Assembly (NCBI GenBank): GCA_024704765.1
Contig: JAKMXF010000277.1
Location: 434,001 to 498,000, forward strand
Direction: 5' to 3'
Length of the DNA: 64,000 nucleotides
DNA from: Oopsacas minuta
Taxonomy: Eukaryota > Animalia > Porifera
The notes under the pieces are model-generated. The model had not been told where the DNA came from. It worked only from the letters and a program-made list of their open reading frames with translations, and searched no databases. Positions 35,201 through 46,353 of this stretch are shown in pieces. Every line of letters starts with the position of its first letter. Positions within the stretch are counted from its first letter, which is position 1. Both the position numbers and the translations under genes were made by a program.

Positions 35201-37504
35201 CATTTTAAATTCGCATTCAGCGTATTTAATACAGTAGAAGGTCAGTTATCTGAACACGTTGGTTAACCAAATGCATTCCATCCCCACATACTTGAACTTT
35301 ATCTTTTCTCCAACGCGAAAACCACTAAAAGTATGATATATAATAGATTATTATAGCAATACGGCCTGCATTTATGATTTGGTTATTATATGATAATATT
35401 ATCTCAATTATTGTCTGGTTGTTGGTTGTCCGTTGTCAAGGAAAGGATTTTCGGTATGCAATTTTGTGATTGTCAACTAACTATGTATTTAACGTGTTTA
35501 TCAAGGAAGTAGTAAATAGAATTCAATAAAACTTCATTAAAATATATCGAACATGCTGAATCCGATTTTCTCACTTTTGGATTAATAATATGTAAATTTG
35601 TTGTTGTTTTTATGAATATAAATGAATCAAATTTGCAAAATCTCAAAATTTAGGTAGATACTTGCTCTCTATTGCTGCAAAGGGGTTGATCTTACAAATC
35701 AATACCATAATATATATGTTATACAGTAAACATTAGATTTAACGATACTCGTTTGGGCAGGCAAAAAGGTCGCTAAATCCGAGGAAGCTTTATATATGCA
35801 TTATATACCGGATGACACCCAAATTTATTCGTGTTATACGATGTAGTATACTATGTTGTTGTATTATCGTCGTAATAATGTCATGAATATGATTAGTTTG
35901 ACTTGAAAAAGCTAGTTATTGAAGCCTGCTGCAATCGACTCAGCTGACTTTCAACCAAGAAGTTTTGAAGTTCGCTGACAGACTGAATCTGTTTCTCTGA
36001 GCATGGGAGGGTGCGCAAGAACTTCATAACGGTGTCAAGGCATGAGACAACAGTGTCGAATGACGGAACATGGATATTGAGGGGATATTCATTGTNNNNN
36101 NNNNNNNNNNNNNNNNNNNNNNNNNNNNNNNNNNNNNNNNNNNNNNNNNNNNNNNNNNNNNNNNNNNNNNNNNNNNNNNNNNNNNNNNNNNNNNNNNNNN
36201 NNNNNNNNNNNNNNNNNNNNNNNNNNNNNNNNNNNNNNNNNNNNNNNNNNNNNNNNNNNNNNNNNNNNNNNNNNNNNNNNNNNNNNNNNNNNNNNNNNNN
36301 NNNNNNNNNNNNNNNNNNNNNNNNNNNNNNNNNNNNNNNNNNNNNNNNNNNNNNNNNNNNNNNNNNNNNNNNNNNNNNNNNNNNNNNNNNNNNNNNNNNN
36401 NNNNNNNNNNNNNNNNNNNNNNNNNNNNNNNNNNNNNNNNNNNNNNNNNNNNNNNNNNNNNNNNNNNNNNNNNNNNNNNNNNNNNNNNNNNNNNNNNNNN
36501 NNNNNNNNNNNNNNNNNNNNNNNNNNNNNNNNNNNNNNNNNNNNNNNNNNNNNNNNNNNNNNNNNNNNNNNNNNNNNNNNNNNNNNNNNNNNNNNNNNNN
36601 NNNNNNNNNNNNNNNNNAAAACCTTAATAATTCACTAGTACACTTTTCTTAAGTCCACAGTATAGACAGCCCAAAATTCGTAATATCCAATTGGATTTGC
36701 ATGGAGCAGGCATAGAAAATATGTCGCTAAATTCAATGTGTCGTTATCTGACAGGTCGTTATACCCGAGGTATGGTGTGTGCAGAATAATGCTGCGAGAT
36801 TCTGGGCAGGCAAAATGAGTCGTTATAAGCGATTTGTCGTTAAAGCCGATGTCGTTAAATCCAATGTTTACTGTATAATAATATTCAAAGGGTCCTCAAT
36901 TTGGAGAATACTGGATACATCGAGGCGCAATGCGCCGAGTTCATCGCGAAGCAACGAGCGAAAGGCTTTTTTATATGATAATGTTACTATTCGACCATAT
37001 TTATGGACTATATCTAAACCAAATCTATCGAGAGAATTTTCACTGATTTAATTATCGAGGCACACTTGGCTTATTTTATAGTAGGATGTTAGTTATCCGA
37101 ACCTACCCGGCCCCATCATATTCGGATAACTGACTTTATACTGTATATATTTATTCACAATGTCCCTATCCTACATTTCTGTTCACATCAACTTAGTTTC
37201 ATGATTTATTTCCCATGTAGAAGCCACCACCAGACCTTTACTAGACAAAGCAATCATGGATCTTAATTCAGAATTTATTCGTAGAGGGACAGAGATTGAT
37301 CAAGAATTCGATAAGAACTCAAAGTCGCATGATAATCTACGTAGCAAAGTTACGGAACTTTCTCGTGAAGTTAACTCCAGGCTCGTCGAATTTGAAAAAA
37401 GTATTGACTCAATGAACAACTCGAAAGAGTGTTTAAATCAAATTAATGAGCTAAAGGGGGGGCTATTGGAGATAAAGGAGATGTTAAAGTTAAAGCTTAA
37501 CTAG
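7971..37504 (+). CDS. Ankyrin-repeat TRP cation channel (TRPA-like), 7 coding exons, ~1192 aa
   Basis: Exons 7971-8222, 11007-11047, 13066-13415, 18715-18918, 27768-28913, 30649-31950 and 37221-37504 (3579 nt, divisible by 3). All introns are GT-AG with compatible phases (0,2,1,1,1,1). About 13-14 ankyrin repeats, a 6-TM region with S6 ILMLNILIAQF, and a C-terminal coiled coil. The start codon and first two exons are less certain. Confidence 0.8.
9369..9501. mobile_element. Tc1/mariner (Tigger-like) MITE, 133 bp
   Basis: TIRs CAGTGGAATCTGCATAAACCGACA / CAGTGGAAGCTGCATAAACTGACA, with TA on both sides. Confidence 0.85.
9726..10002. mobile_element. pogo/Tigger-like MITE with eroded ends
   Basis: AAACTTGTCTATAACGGCCAC at the left, GTGGCCGTTATAGACAGGTTT at the right. 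Related copies at ~2100 and ~42137. Confidence 0.7.
11007..11047 (+). CDS. TRP gene 41-nt micro-exon (VLESKDILANKIN)
   Basis: Pyrimidine tract ctctcctttag acceptor and AC|GTGAGT donor. Bridges phase 0 to phase 2 exactly as needed to join the flanking exons. Confidence 0.6.
11093..11642. mobile_element. MULE-type foldback non-autonomous element (copy A)
   Basis: Arms built of ATTAGGTCGAATT-type repeats ending TGCAGCGCCC. The ~200-bp core is shared with 19783-20335 and 55026-55496. 9-bp flanks TACTTCATA / TACTCCATT (7/9). Confidence 0.65.
11854..12472. mobile_element. Non-autonomous hAT element
   Basis: TIRs TGGAGCTGTATCGG / TAGGGCTGTACCGG (11/14). 8-bp flanks ATTATAAA / ATTATAGA (7/8). Confidence 0.65.
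13066..13415 (+). CDS. TRP gene exon 3 (ankyrin repeats)
   Basis: LIHYTAKNGTVQCLTYLL and EDGNTLLHSAVQGG ankyrin motifs. Acceptor tgtag|G, donor G|GTAAAT. Confidence 0.85.
13928..14498. repeat. Foldback element with ~210-bp inverted arms
   Basis: CTATGCTAAAAATTAAGGAA...CCATGGAT is mirrored by ATCCATGG...TTCCTTAATTTTTAGCATAG. The spacer resembles 33788-33850. Confidence 0.75.
14634..16273. mobile_element. Non-autonomous P/Galileo-like element, 1640 bp
   Basis: ~110-bp TIRs starting (C/T)ATAGCCTACTAAAGATA(A/G)GGCC. 7-bp flanks CAATATC / GAATAAC (5/7). A third copy of this end lies at ~33950-34028. Confidence 0.7.
15797..16090 (-). pseudogene. hAT C-terminal dimerisation-domain relic
   Basis: LLTMPLGSCAVERCFS..RASL motif typical of hAT dimerisation domains. 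It lies inside the P-like element 14634-16273. Confidence 0.6.
18715..18918 (+). CDS. TRP gene exon 4 (ankyrin repeats)
   Basis: GNTALHLC and KGNTLLHLAAE motifs. Acceptor tgtctag, donor G|GTATGT, phase 1 on both sides. Confidence 0.88.
19033..19258. mobile_element. Tc1/mariner-type MITE, 226 bp
   Basis: TIRs CACTCGAACTCCCTTATC / CACTCGAACCTCTCTTAATC, with TA flanks. Confidence 0.75.
19783..20335. mobile_element. MULE-type foldback element (copy B) inserted in the P-like left TIR
   Basis: GGGGCGCTGCTTTAGTTAGAATT arm mirrored at the right, with ~26-bp subterminal tandem units (TTGTnACAAGTnAGAATC). 9-bp flanks ATCGGGAAC / CTTGGGAAC. Confidence 0.75.
20900..23047 (-). pseudogene. THAP9/P-element-type transposase pseudogene
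   Basis: THAP domain MPNCCSVPNC..W..VC. Catalytic-region motifs LNIDEVY, LIFDFVHIIKCIRNNW, LQNDPLEHRFG..RQMSG. Multiple frameshifts and stops. Confidence 0.9.
23167..26093 (+). mobile_element. Chapaev (CMC superfamily) DNA transposon, 2927 bp
   Basis: ~416-bp TIRs (23167-23582 / 25677-26093, about a dozen mismatches by eye). CACGG...CCGTG termini. 4-bp TSD ATAA at 23163-23166 and 26094-26097. Confidence 0.85.
23600..25603 (+). pseudogene. Chapaev transposase, 667 codons, with one in-frame TAA at 25340-25342
   Basis: N-terminal H-x7-C-R-x-C...D..P...CxxC...W...CxxC Zn motif. Catalytic GLDFGRG (D), FTVDLK (D) and PELHLLLG. Past the single stop the same frame continues KVH...SEQAFESAH (E) to TAG at 25601-25603. 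Confidence 0.85.
27337..27632. repeat. (ACAT)n microsatellite, ~295 bp, lightly interrupted
   Basis: Direct reading of the sequence. It produces the spurious MYVC/HTYI ORFs. Confidence 0.98.
27768..28913 (+). CDS. TRP gene exon 5 (main ankyrin array)
   Basis: About 9 ankyrin repeats (GFSPLKIASKRG, TALHSASYGGH, RTPLYQSITQG, GTTPLMLAV, GETILHHIA). Acceptor attag, donor G|GTGAGT. Confidence 0.92.
29648..29712 (+). repeat. tRNA-like / tRNA-derived SINE head relic
   Basis: A-box-like TAGTTGTTAAG and B-box GGTTCGAATCC, but no convincing acceptor stem. Confidence 0.3.
30191..30546. mobile_element. Probable hAT-type MITE with CCGGGA subterminal repeats
   Basis: CAGGATCGAGCCGGGATT at the left, AATCCCGG repeats and TTCCCGGTCGATCCTA at the right. 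No clear TSD. Confidence 0.45.
30649..31950 (+). CDS. TRP gene exon 6 (pre-S1 to S6 transmembrane domain)
   Basis: YHPLVNLIIEDK pre-S1 motif, six hydrophobic helices, S6 ILMLNILIAQFVNSY. Acceptor tattag, donor G|GTGAGT. Confidence 0.9.
32480..33610. repeat. Dispersed composite repeat family (GATTCAGCGTA modules, microsatellite end), possibly a non-autonomous Helitron/Helentron
   Basis: The same modules recur at ~8700-8890, 19330-19760, 26280-27650, 35400-35650, 42340-42900, 47640-47900 plus 51526-51830, 52840-53030 and 55520-55980. The class assignment is tentative. Confidence 0.55.
34921..35094. mobile_element. hAT (Tip100-like) MITE, 174 bp
   Basis: CATGGGCGTAGC...GCTACGTGCTCATG ends. 8-bp flanks TTCGGGTC / GTCGGGTC (7/8). 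Confidence 0.75.
36096..36617. other. Assembly gap (522 N)
   Basis: Run of N characters. It lies in TRP intron 6. Confidence 1.
37221..37504 (+). CDS. TRP gene terminal exon (coiled coil)
   Basis: Acceptor catgtag|AA is in phase 1, matching the exon 6 donor, and is in frame with the 37256 ORF. Heptad-rich (LRSKVTELSREVNSRLVEFEKSI). Confidence 0.7.
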
Positions 37505-38510
37505 TAAATAATATATTTATCTATTTTTTAGCATGCTTCCCATATATTATTATTTCTATTTGTTTTAGGATTTTATTGTATATTAGAATTAAGAATATTG
37601 TCATATAAGTATATATTTTGTTTTGTACTATGTGCATATAATATGCTAATTTTAAAATTAACAAATTGTGATTAACATGATGTTCTCCAGTTGTCCGAGA
37701 GTGTTACCAAGGGCTTAGCCACTGGAAATTCGAGAATGAGCCCTCATATGTAAGTAAATTATATGGACACAATCAATTTCGGCGCAAATTAGTTCGCCTG
37801 GATAATAGTGGAAATATAAATTACGAAACACTTCCTGAATCTACAAGGGCTGTCCCAAAAGTTCTTTACCAATTTGTAATAAAAGGAATATATTACATAT
37901 ATCATACAAAATCACTGTCCAATCGTTCGATATAATCCCCTCTAACTTCATGCATCGTTCCCACCTCTGGCAGCTTATCTATGCTAATGATTTATTGACC
38001 GCTTTAGGTCCTTCAAATCGCTAAATCTTTTGCCAGTAGCTGCTTTTTCATCTCTCCGAAAAACCAATAGTCGCGTTAAGGCGAATGTAAAACTCTTGCG
38101 GTGATTCACCTGGCAAAACTTTCCTCAATTCAAATTCGTATAAAACGATAAATCGGGTTTCCGGTGGTCGAAAATATTGCAACAATGCTTGTTTAATCTC
38201 TTGGTATTCCTTCTTTATATCTTCATGCTATTCCAATGACCATAAATCCAATCCATGTCTATATGGAAATAGGGCTACCAAAACCAAATCCATGAAATCC
38301 TAAATTTCATGATCTGATGGATTCCTTTTGACTTTAGACAATCCAAATCCATCCATATCTATGACATCCATCTGGCCCCTTTGGCCATTAATGCTAATTA
38401 GAATTATTTTTTATTTTTATTAACCCAAAAATAGTTAATATTTCCCGTGTAACATAATAATTTCTGAATTATTATTTGAATTTGAAATCTGCGTATATTC
38501 TAGTTATATA

Positions 38511-38730
38511 CACTACTTGGCCAAAAGTATTGGAACGCCCTGGAACCAAAGGCATGCTACTTTAGTTGATCGGCAAAAGATGATCTCTAACAATTTTGAA
38601 CATAATTATATCATAAACAACAAATGATAACAAGCTTTTTTTAACTTTCAGCTATATCCATAGAACTTTCAACGTATTCCGCCCGTGTGCCACAAGTGGT
38701 ACAGTGTTCCAAAACTTTGGCCAAGCAGTG
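38511..38730. mobile_element. Tc1-type MITE, 220 bp
   Basis: TIRs CACTACTTGGCCAAAAGTATTGGAAC / CACTGCTTGGCCAAAGTTTTGGAAC, with TA flanks. Confidence 0.85.
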
Positions 38731-38881
38731 TACATCTATTCGGCGTCAAGTATTAATTTGCAAAATAGGAATCTTCCTATTTGGCGTACCGCAAAGTAAG
38801 TACTGTGAAATTTGATGGGTTGTATTTCCAACTTATTTCGACATGATAATTATCGAATACTCCCAAATGGCATGTCTCATA

Positions 38882-40249
38882 CCGGGTGTTTCAAAAAATT
38901 AGGCCCCAGTTACATCTTTTTCTCTCTATGTACAGGTATTCTATTATAGCAATATTTTCTCTTCACTATATGGCAGAAACAACTCCTGTGAATACATCCA
39001 TGCCAAATTGGAAGTTGGAACACCGCATATTCTGTGTCGAATTCTACTTCAAACATGGGTCGTTTACGACGGTCAATGAGTTATTTCATGCAAAGTTTGA
39101 GGCAGCTTCCTCGCCCTGTAAGAGTGTGATTCAATCCTGGGTTAGCCATTTTAGGGCTTATGGGACCGTGCTAAACCTAAATACAAAGGATTCCAAGCGT
39201 CCAACTCATTCTGGGAGACCTAGGAAGAGAACTGCGGAGGTTATTGATGATGTCAGGGAGGCAGTTGGGAACAGCCCAAAAAGGTCAATCCGGAAGAGGA
39301 GCCAGTCTCTTGGTATCACCCCTACCACCCTCTGGAGAGTCTTGAAACAAGATTTGTCCTTTTTCCCCTATAGAATACAAACTGGCCAGAAGCTATCAAA
39401 TGTAGATAAGTCAAGAGGGTAGCTATGGCTGAGAAATTGGTCGCCAAAGTTGAAAGTTGTGACTCATTCCTTGGGCTTCTCTTCACCTCGGATGAGGCTC
39501 ATTTTGAGCTGGATGGGCGGGTCAATAGTAAGAACAATGTATTTTGGGGTACTCAGAAGCCTTCAGAGATAGTTCAGAAGCCATTACATTCCGAAAGATG
39601 CACCGTGTGGGCTGCTATTGGGGCGAGAGGCATCATTGGACCTATTTTCATCGAAGAAAATCGTCGAAATTGTGACTGTGACAAAGGAACGCTACGTCAA
39701 GGTGCTTAATGAGTTCTGGAAAGAAGTGGAATCACTCTACCCCTCTCTACTACCCAAATTATGGTTCCAGCAGGATGGAGCCCCTGCCCATACCTCATTA
39801 ATTGCTAGGGAATGGCTTAAAAACCACTTTGGAACCAGAATCATCAGTCGACTGACCCCCTTTGAGTGGGCCCCTCATAGCCCGGACCTGAGCCCCCCTG
39901 ATTTCTATCTTTGGGGCTATTTGAAGGATAAAGTATATGCTAACAAACCCCAGAGCATCAGAGAACTAAAAATATCCATTAAGGATGAAATGGGAAAGAT
40001 TCCAAAGTCAGTGTGCATGGATGTAATGAAGAATTTTGTGAAAAGACTAAGAAAATGCATGGAAGTTAATGGCGGGCACCTAGAACATATGCTATAAGTT
40101 GGGTATTTCAGTAATTTCAACCTTTTCCCTTAGTTATATTGTTAAAAAGTAGTATATTTATACTAGTTATCAATGGTATATCTGAATACATAGAATCGTC
40201 TGAAATATGGCTCCATGATTTTTGGGCCTGTTTTTTTTGAAACACCCGG
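38882..40249 (+). mobile_element. Tc1/mariner DD41D (rosa/Visitor-type) transposon, 1368 bp, transposase with 2 frameshifts
   Basis: TIRs CCGGGTGTTTCAAAAAA..AGGCCC with TA TSD. Motifs TSDEAHF, WFQQDGAPAH and WAPHSPDLSPPDF, with 41 residues between the second and third D. Confidence 0.92.
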
Positions 40250-40479
40250 TACTCATCTAAGGGAAAATTCTTCATCTTAATCAAAATAGTGAAGTGAATA
40301 CACATATTCCAAAGTAAACGTTTTAATTAACTAGTCGATAAACATCATTTTACACATGCCAATATCGCTTCAAGTACACCAAACAACACAATGAGTTGGA
40401 ACCCAAGAATCCAAACGATTCCCAAATGGTATTTCGGTCTATAATCCAAGGGAAAATATCTTTACAGAAAAACTATTCT

Positions 40480-41130
40480 TACTGGCGCAACCAAGTCGGA
40501 ATTCCTACTTTGCGTAAATTCCTACATGCCGCGGAACACAATTATTTCTGTACATGCAATGCCACACAACCCAGATGAACTCAGAAACTCTTTGCTTCGG
40601 CGGATCCATTTGGACTGGAATATGTTGCTGATCTCAAGACTGTTTACGTGTGTTCTAAGCATTTCAGTGAGGGTGACGTTGAGCATATACATAGAGTGAC
40701 CAATTGAGATGGCACTTATTGAGAATCCCCTCGCAAGTATTAAAAGCTGAAGAAGGTGCTGTTTGTTCCACACAGCCTATCCAGAATCAGCACTGTCTCT
40801 TCTCAAATGAATGATCAACTCTCCCAAAGCTATGAATCTCAGTTCGAGATCACATCCATGATAACTCAGATAAAGAATTACACGTTTGTCCAGAAGTTCT
40901 TGGGCTACAATAATATAATTGTTGTCAGCTTCAAAATAGCCTGGTTCGGGGGTGGTAGTATATGTTATCCTGACCAGTGTTCACATCTGACCCAACTTTT
41001 GTTACTTAATTATGACAAATTTCATATCACATGTTACAGTTATCTTCAGTATATGTCTTGTCTGTCTCTTCCTCGTTTCAATACGTTGGAGAAATTGTAT
41101 TCGTAATTTGAACTCGAAAATGAAATCTGA
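40480..41130 (+). pseudogene. Third THAP/P-type transposase relic (N-terminal part)
   Basis: Frameshifted CVNSY...VYVCSKHFSEGD THAP core, then CYSYLQYMSCLSLP..LEKLYS, which parallels CYRYLQSLDCLSLP..LKRLYS in the 47908-51525 element. Confidence 0.65.
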
Positions 41131-43507
41131 CTACATAAACTCTACACATAACACATAATCGTTTTCCCCAGACTTGTGGATTTGTCAAATCATTTCAAAA
41201 TGGTTTGATTTGATACTTTTAACAGGTAAAATGGTTGCTTGGATTTGGCTTGATGCTACAACTGACTAAAATCATTTTATATGATTTGGTTTGAATAGGA
41301 TTTGATGGGATTTGGAGGGATATCATGGTCGGCGCAGCCAATTAAGCCAATTGGGTGTCCATAGTTGGTGTTTAAACAAACCTTGCCATAGAAGGTATTC
41401 CTAAATTCTTTCGTAGCAGTAGGTATCCGCAGGCACGCACAGTGGCGCTGGCCCTGGATATGATGCAATTTGAAGGATTTGATTAGGATTTGAATTTGAT
41501 TTGGTTTGAGTTGATTTGATTTCTTTGAATTTGAATGATATGATTTTAATGGAAATATACATTAAATCCACAACTCTATTTTCCCTGAAGGATATGTACT
41601 CCTTATGGAGTGGTTCTCAACCTTACTCTCCAGTGGACTTCTATGGGCTCCCGAGGCTCAAACCTTGCATGAAAATCAGAATTAACTCCCTAGGGTGCAT
41701 AGGCGTAGCTTGGGACTTGCTGGGCACCGAGAACAATTGTCAGCAACCTTAGTAGAAACCCCAATTGTACATCTTGTATCCCATGTCTGTCGTACATTTT
41801 GGTCCAATTATCCAACGAAAACTGAAATATTCACAATTTGTGTTTTGAATATTCATAGAATAAATGTAACTGTTAGGGCGACTGTGAGGGATATATGGAG
41901 AGTGGGACGGCTTGGGGCAGGGTTGATAAAAATCAAATAATGCCAATAAATTCATTAAGGGCTTGTCGGAATTGCATTCGCCTATGTATCGTATAGAAAT
42001 ACATATATAGTTGTGATATGAGATTCTTTTCAATAAGACGGGTCGTATATTCGAGATGCTCTTATAACCGACAGTCCAGTCTTTGAATTGTGACATTCAT
42101 ATAGTAATTCATATAAAAAATAGAGAAATGAAACATACAGTCAAACTTGTCTATAATGGCCACCGAAAGAGACTGACCAAAAATGGCTGTTATATTGCTG
42201 GCCGCTATGAACAGGGCTCTCACGATCTCGTCGTGATTCTCACCCACTAGTATTAACATTATTTATACATTATGACTTAATGTATGATTTTATTAATAAA
42301 AATCTCAAATCACCACCTGTGCTGACGTAATTTTCCTTAGGCCGCCAGATTCAGCGTATTTAGTACCACACATGTGTATTGAGGGAAGATGTACCAATAT
42401 TTAGAAATTTGGATAATTTGTTGACTTTATATTCATAATTCAACAATAAATATACACATGAGGAACTTGAAAATCGGATTCAGCGTACTCAAATACCAAT
42501 GTATACCCGTTAAGTGCAAGTATCTACTTGTATTTGGATATTTAATTTATTTGTTGACTTTATATTCATAAAAACAGCAATAAATTTACCTGAGACACTT
42601 GAAAATTCGGATTCAGCGTATTTGACTACCCCTTTATGTCTGTTGAGCCCATGGTAACATGTTCAAACTAATCTCTAGCATTCTTTTGAATTTTTATATG
42701 GAAATTTATGGAAATATGATTAATCACCTAAAAGGTGTGAAAAAATACACATCAGATAATTTTCAATTGTCAGTTGCATAACTAGTTGTAACTTCGAGTA
42801 TACATGCCAAATTTCGAGTAGTAATCTCCAAAGGTAGGAACATGAGAGGGAACACATACATAAATATATATATATACCTACCTATCCTACTAAGAAACAA
42901 ACCATTTTAGAACTGTGCTACTATACTATAGTATATTAGAAAAGATTGATTTAAATCAAACAACACTGGAGGAGATGATAAATACCAGGTTCCTAGAAGC
43001 TTTTAAAACATTCTCTAACTCACTAATTATATTCTTAACATTATATATTTCACCAATGTAACCTCGTTATTACAAACACTAACAGTCGGTAAAATGTGTT
43101 CTTTTTCTCCTAGACTGTCATAGTTAGTATTAACCGGATTAATATCAATTGAATAACCATAGTGAAAAGTGGGAACTTAAGTTTGTTAAAATATTTTTCT
43201 TCTTATCCGGAAATTTGCATTTACTCTGTTTTATTAACGAGGTTCCACTTTACTTATACTTAGAATAAGATGTATTCTATTTCTTTTTGTTTTATGCTAT
43301 TTAGGTGAAAACTATAATAGATAATCCGTCAGCTGGAGGGACATGATGTGAATTAGTTACCCAATATTACTATGGCCGTGTTCACAAAAAAGTTGAATTC
43401 GAACATAGGGGTGTTCACTTAGATGTAAGTTCGTACTTAAGTTCGAACATAAGTACCAACTAAAAGTGACTTACATAGGTTGATTAAATATAAATTCTCA
43501 AGATTAT

Positions 43508-46353
43508 GTGGTTTCAACCTCGCTACCATTCCAGACCAAATGTTTAAGTAACATGGAAGTTCTAATTGGGCAAAACAAAGTGGGGGCCTCAATAGATTCC
43601 GGATTATCGGTGTCTTTGATAGTAGCTGATCTGGTGAGAAGAACTAGGACTGATGTTGATAGAAGCTATTCTAAACGGTTGCTTTCTACAACAGATGACG
43701 ACTGAAAAGTAATTGGACGAGTTCTGCTTCCGTCAGAAATTTGTACGTTGCGGCAAATCGCAGTTCACATTGATTAGTGATTTGATAACTCCGGTCATCT
43801 TGGGCAGAGATTTTATTTCTACTCATAATTTAAAATTAGATTTCGAGAATGGTATTGTTGAATCGCCAATTTATGGAATTATTTCGATGTACAAGGGTAC
43901 TGGGTTGGAAGGCTCCTTCAACATTCAACAGTGTTTATAAACATTCGGAGTTAAAGAGTACGAGGAAAGCAGTAAATATACGTAATTGTCAACCCCACCA
44001 AAAATCAGACTAGTATAGTCGAGTCAGTGGCGCATATATCTACACAAAAGGAAGATGATGGCTGTGATGAATGCTCCATACCAAGCTTTACTAAAAATTG
44101 TAGATATGATATCCGAATTACCCACCTTACTTGAGTGACTTAATGTTGGAAAATATGGACATATTTTCTACCACATGCCAGGGCGGACTGAAATGACCTA
44201 TCATGCGATCTTCACAGAAGATAGTCGACTAGTCCATCTGTCACAGAGAAGAATGCTTGCACATTACAAGTCAGAAGTGGATACTCAAATACAAAAGATG
44301 TTGGATCGAGGGTTCATCAAAGAGAGCACTAGCCCTTGGGTTGCACCCGCAGTCTTTGTTATTAAATGAGATGGAAGTTTACGAATGTGTCAACTATCCG
44401 CAGTTGAAAAACGAACAGTGAAAGGTGCTTATCCTTTGCCCTTAATAGATGACATGCAATCTTATCTATCTGGTGCCGTTGTGTTTTCAACCTTTGAATG
44501 TCAATAGTGGCTATTGGCAATTATCAATTAAACCCGACGATTGGTATAAGACCGCCTTCACACCTGGTCTTGGCATGGGATTATAGAAATTTGTGTGCAT
44601 GTCATTTGGGGTATGTACTGGACCTTCTCCTTTTCAGAGGCTGAAGGAGACTGTCTTGCGAGTATAGACACGGCCAAAGTATTTATTGATGATATTTTGG
44701 TTTTCTCTCCAGGCACAGGATCACACGTGAATCATTTAAAAGAAGTTTTTCAACGACTACGCGAATCAAAATTGATGTTGAGAGGCAGCAAATGTTGTTT
44801 GACTAAGTCTAGTCTTTGTAATCTGGGGTGTGTATTTTCTGTTCGAAGAATGAGACCCGACTCTTCCAAAATTGAGGCTGTACAAAATTGGCTTATTCCA
44901 ATAGACGTTTTCAGGGTACGAAAATTTTTAGCTCTTGGTTCTTATTATGGAAAGTTCATAGCAGGATTCTCTGACACAGCGTCACCTCTATATAGTTTGT
45001 TAGAAAAGATATTCAGTGCATTTGGAATGAAGACTGTCAAGACTCATATGAGTCACTGAAAGTGCGCTATCGAATAGTCCAGGTTGATTTATCCTCTTTG
45101 GGCAAGTATTTGTTTGGTTTACGGATGCGAGTGGTGTTGGTGTTGGAGCCATACTGGAACAAGATGGAGATGTTGTTTTTTATGCTAGTAGAACTTTAAC
45201 AAAGTCCGAAAGAAATTATAGCTTGATTGAGAGAGAGTGTCTGGCTTTAGTGTTGGTACAAAGTAATTTCGACACTAACTCTCTGGGACGGAAGTTTAAA
45301 ATTGTTCGCATCACAAACCATTGTGTTGGCTCTCTGCATTAAAGATGGAAGGTAGGCTTTGGTAGATGAGTGTTAGCATTATAGTATCGCACTGACTTAG
45401 AGAATGTAAATGCTGTTCTTTTGTCTAGGAAGGTTCCTAATGAAGTATCTTTAGTCTATGAAATTGGTCCTGGCATCGATCAATAAGGATCGAATTAAGA
45501 CCTGTCAAGAGAATTATACATTAAGCTTAATTATCAATCTTCTCTCGAAGAATTTATGTCCTTGTGGTACAAATCAAAATGTTCCTCAGCGGTATTCTCA
45601 ATTTTACACAAATTAAATTAGCTAATCATTTGTTATGTCGAAGATATGACGTGGAAGGATTTGGTATCACATGGAACTTGATAGTCGGCCCCGATGAATT
45701 GAAAAGAGCGTTATTATATAATCATTACGATTTCCCGTGTGCGGGCCATCAAGGATGGAGGAAAACTTCGGAAAAACTAAAATGGTAGTTTACCCAGACT
45801 ACTGCAGTCCTGGGATATTTGTATGAAAGCTGAGCAAACGATGCCTCACAAATTACCTATGGACAGCACTCATATTGGAAATCAGTGGCATCAGATTGCA
45901 GTCGATGTTATGGAAGTGTAGATTAAATCAAGAAGAAATATATATCTTCTGGTGATACAAGATTATTTAACAAAATGACTAGAGGCATTTTTAATGCCTG
46001 ATCAAAAGACAGAACGAGATGTAGAATTGCTCAGGTCCTAGTTTACCGTGTTGGAATTTCAAGAGTGTCACATAACGAAATGAGAATGATGGCTGATTTA
46101 TGCGACTCTTTTATACGCCAACATGACCAAAGTAAAGAAATTGCACAATACGAAAGGACAATGTAAATATTTTAGGCCATATACTGTCTCGCAGATAACT
46201 GAAAGCCATGCAGTGATTTCTAACTTTAAATTTGGGAGAACAAAGGAAAATAAGATCCCGATTGATAAAGTTCGACCTTTTTACGAACATGATGTCGAAC
46301 TTGGAAAACAAGGGCGTAAAAGAACATCTCAAAAAAAGTCCAGACATGGTTGA
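43508..46353 (+). mobile_element. Decayed Ty3/Gypsy LTR-retrotransposon pol region
   Basis: Order protease (ASIDSG), RT (SPWVAP, FIDDILVFS), RNase H (TDASGVGVGAILEQ, YASRTL), integrase (H..GHQG, IAVDVM, QDYLTK). Many stops and frameshifts. No LTRs recognised. Confidence 0.88.

Noticed and set aside
36011-36652. ORFs of 213 and 185 aa
   Set aside because: They span the N gap and are not real evidence of coding sequence.
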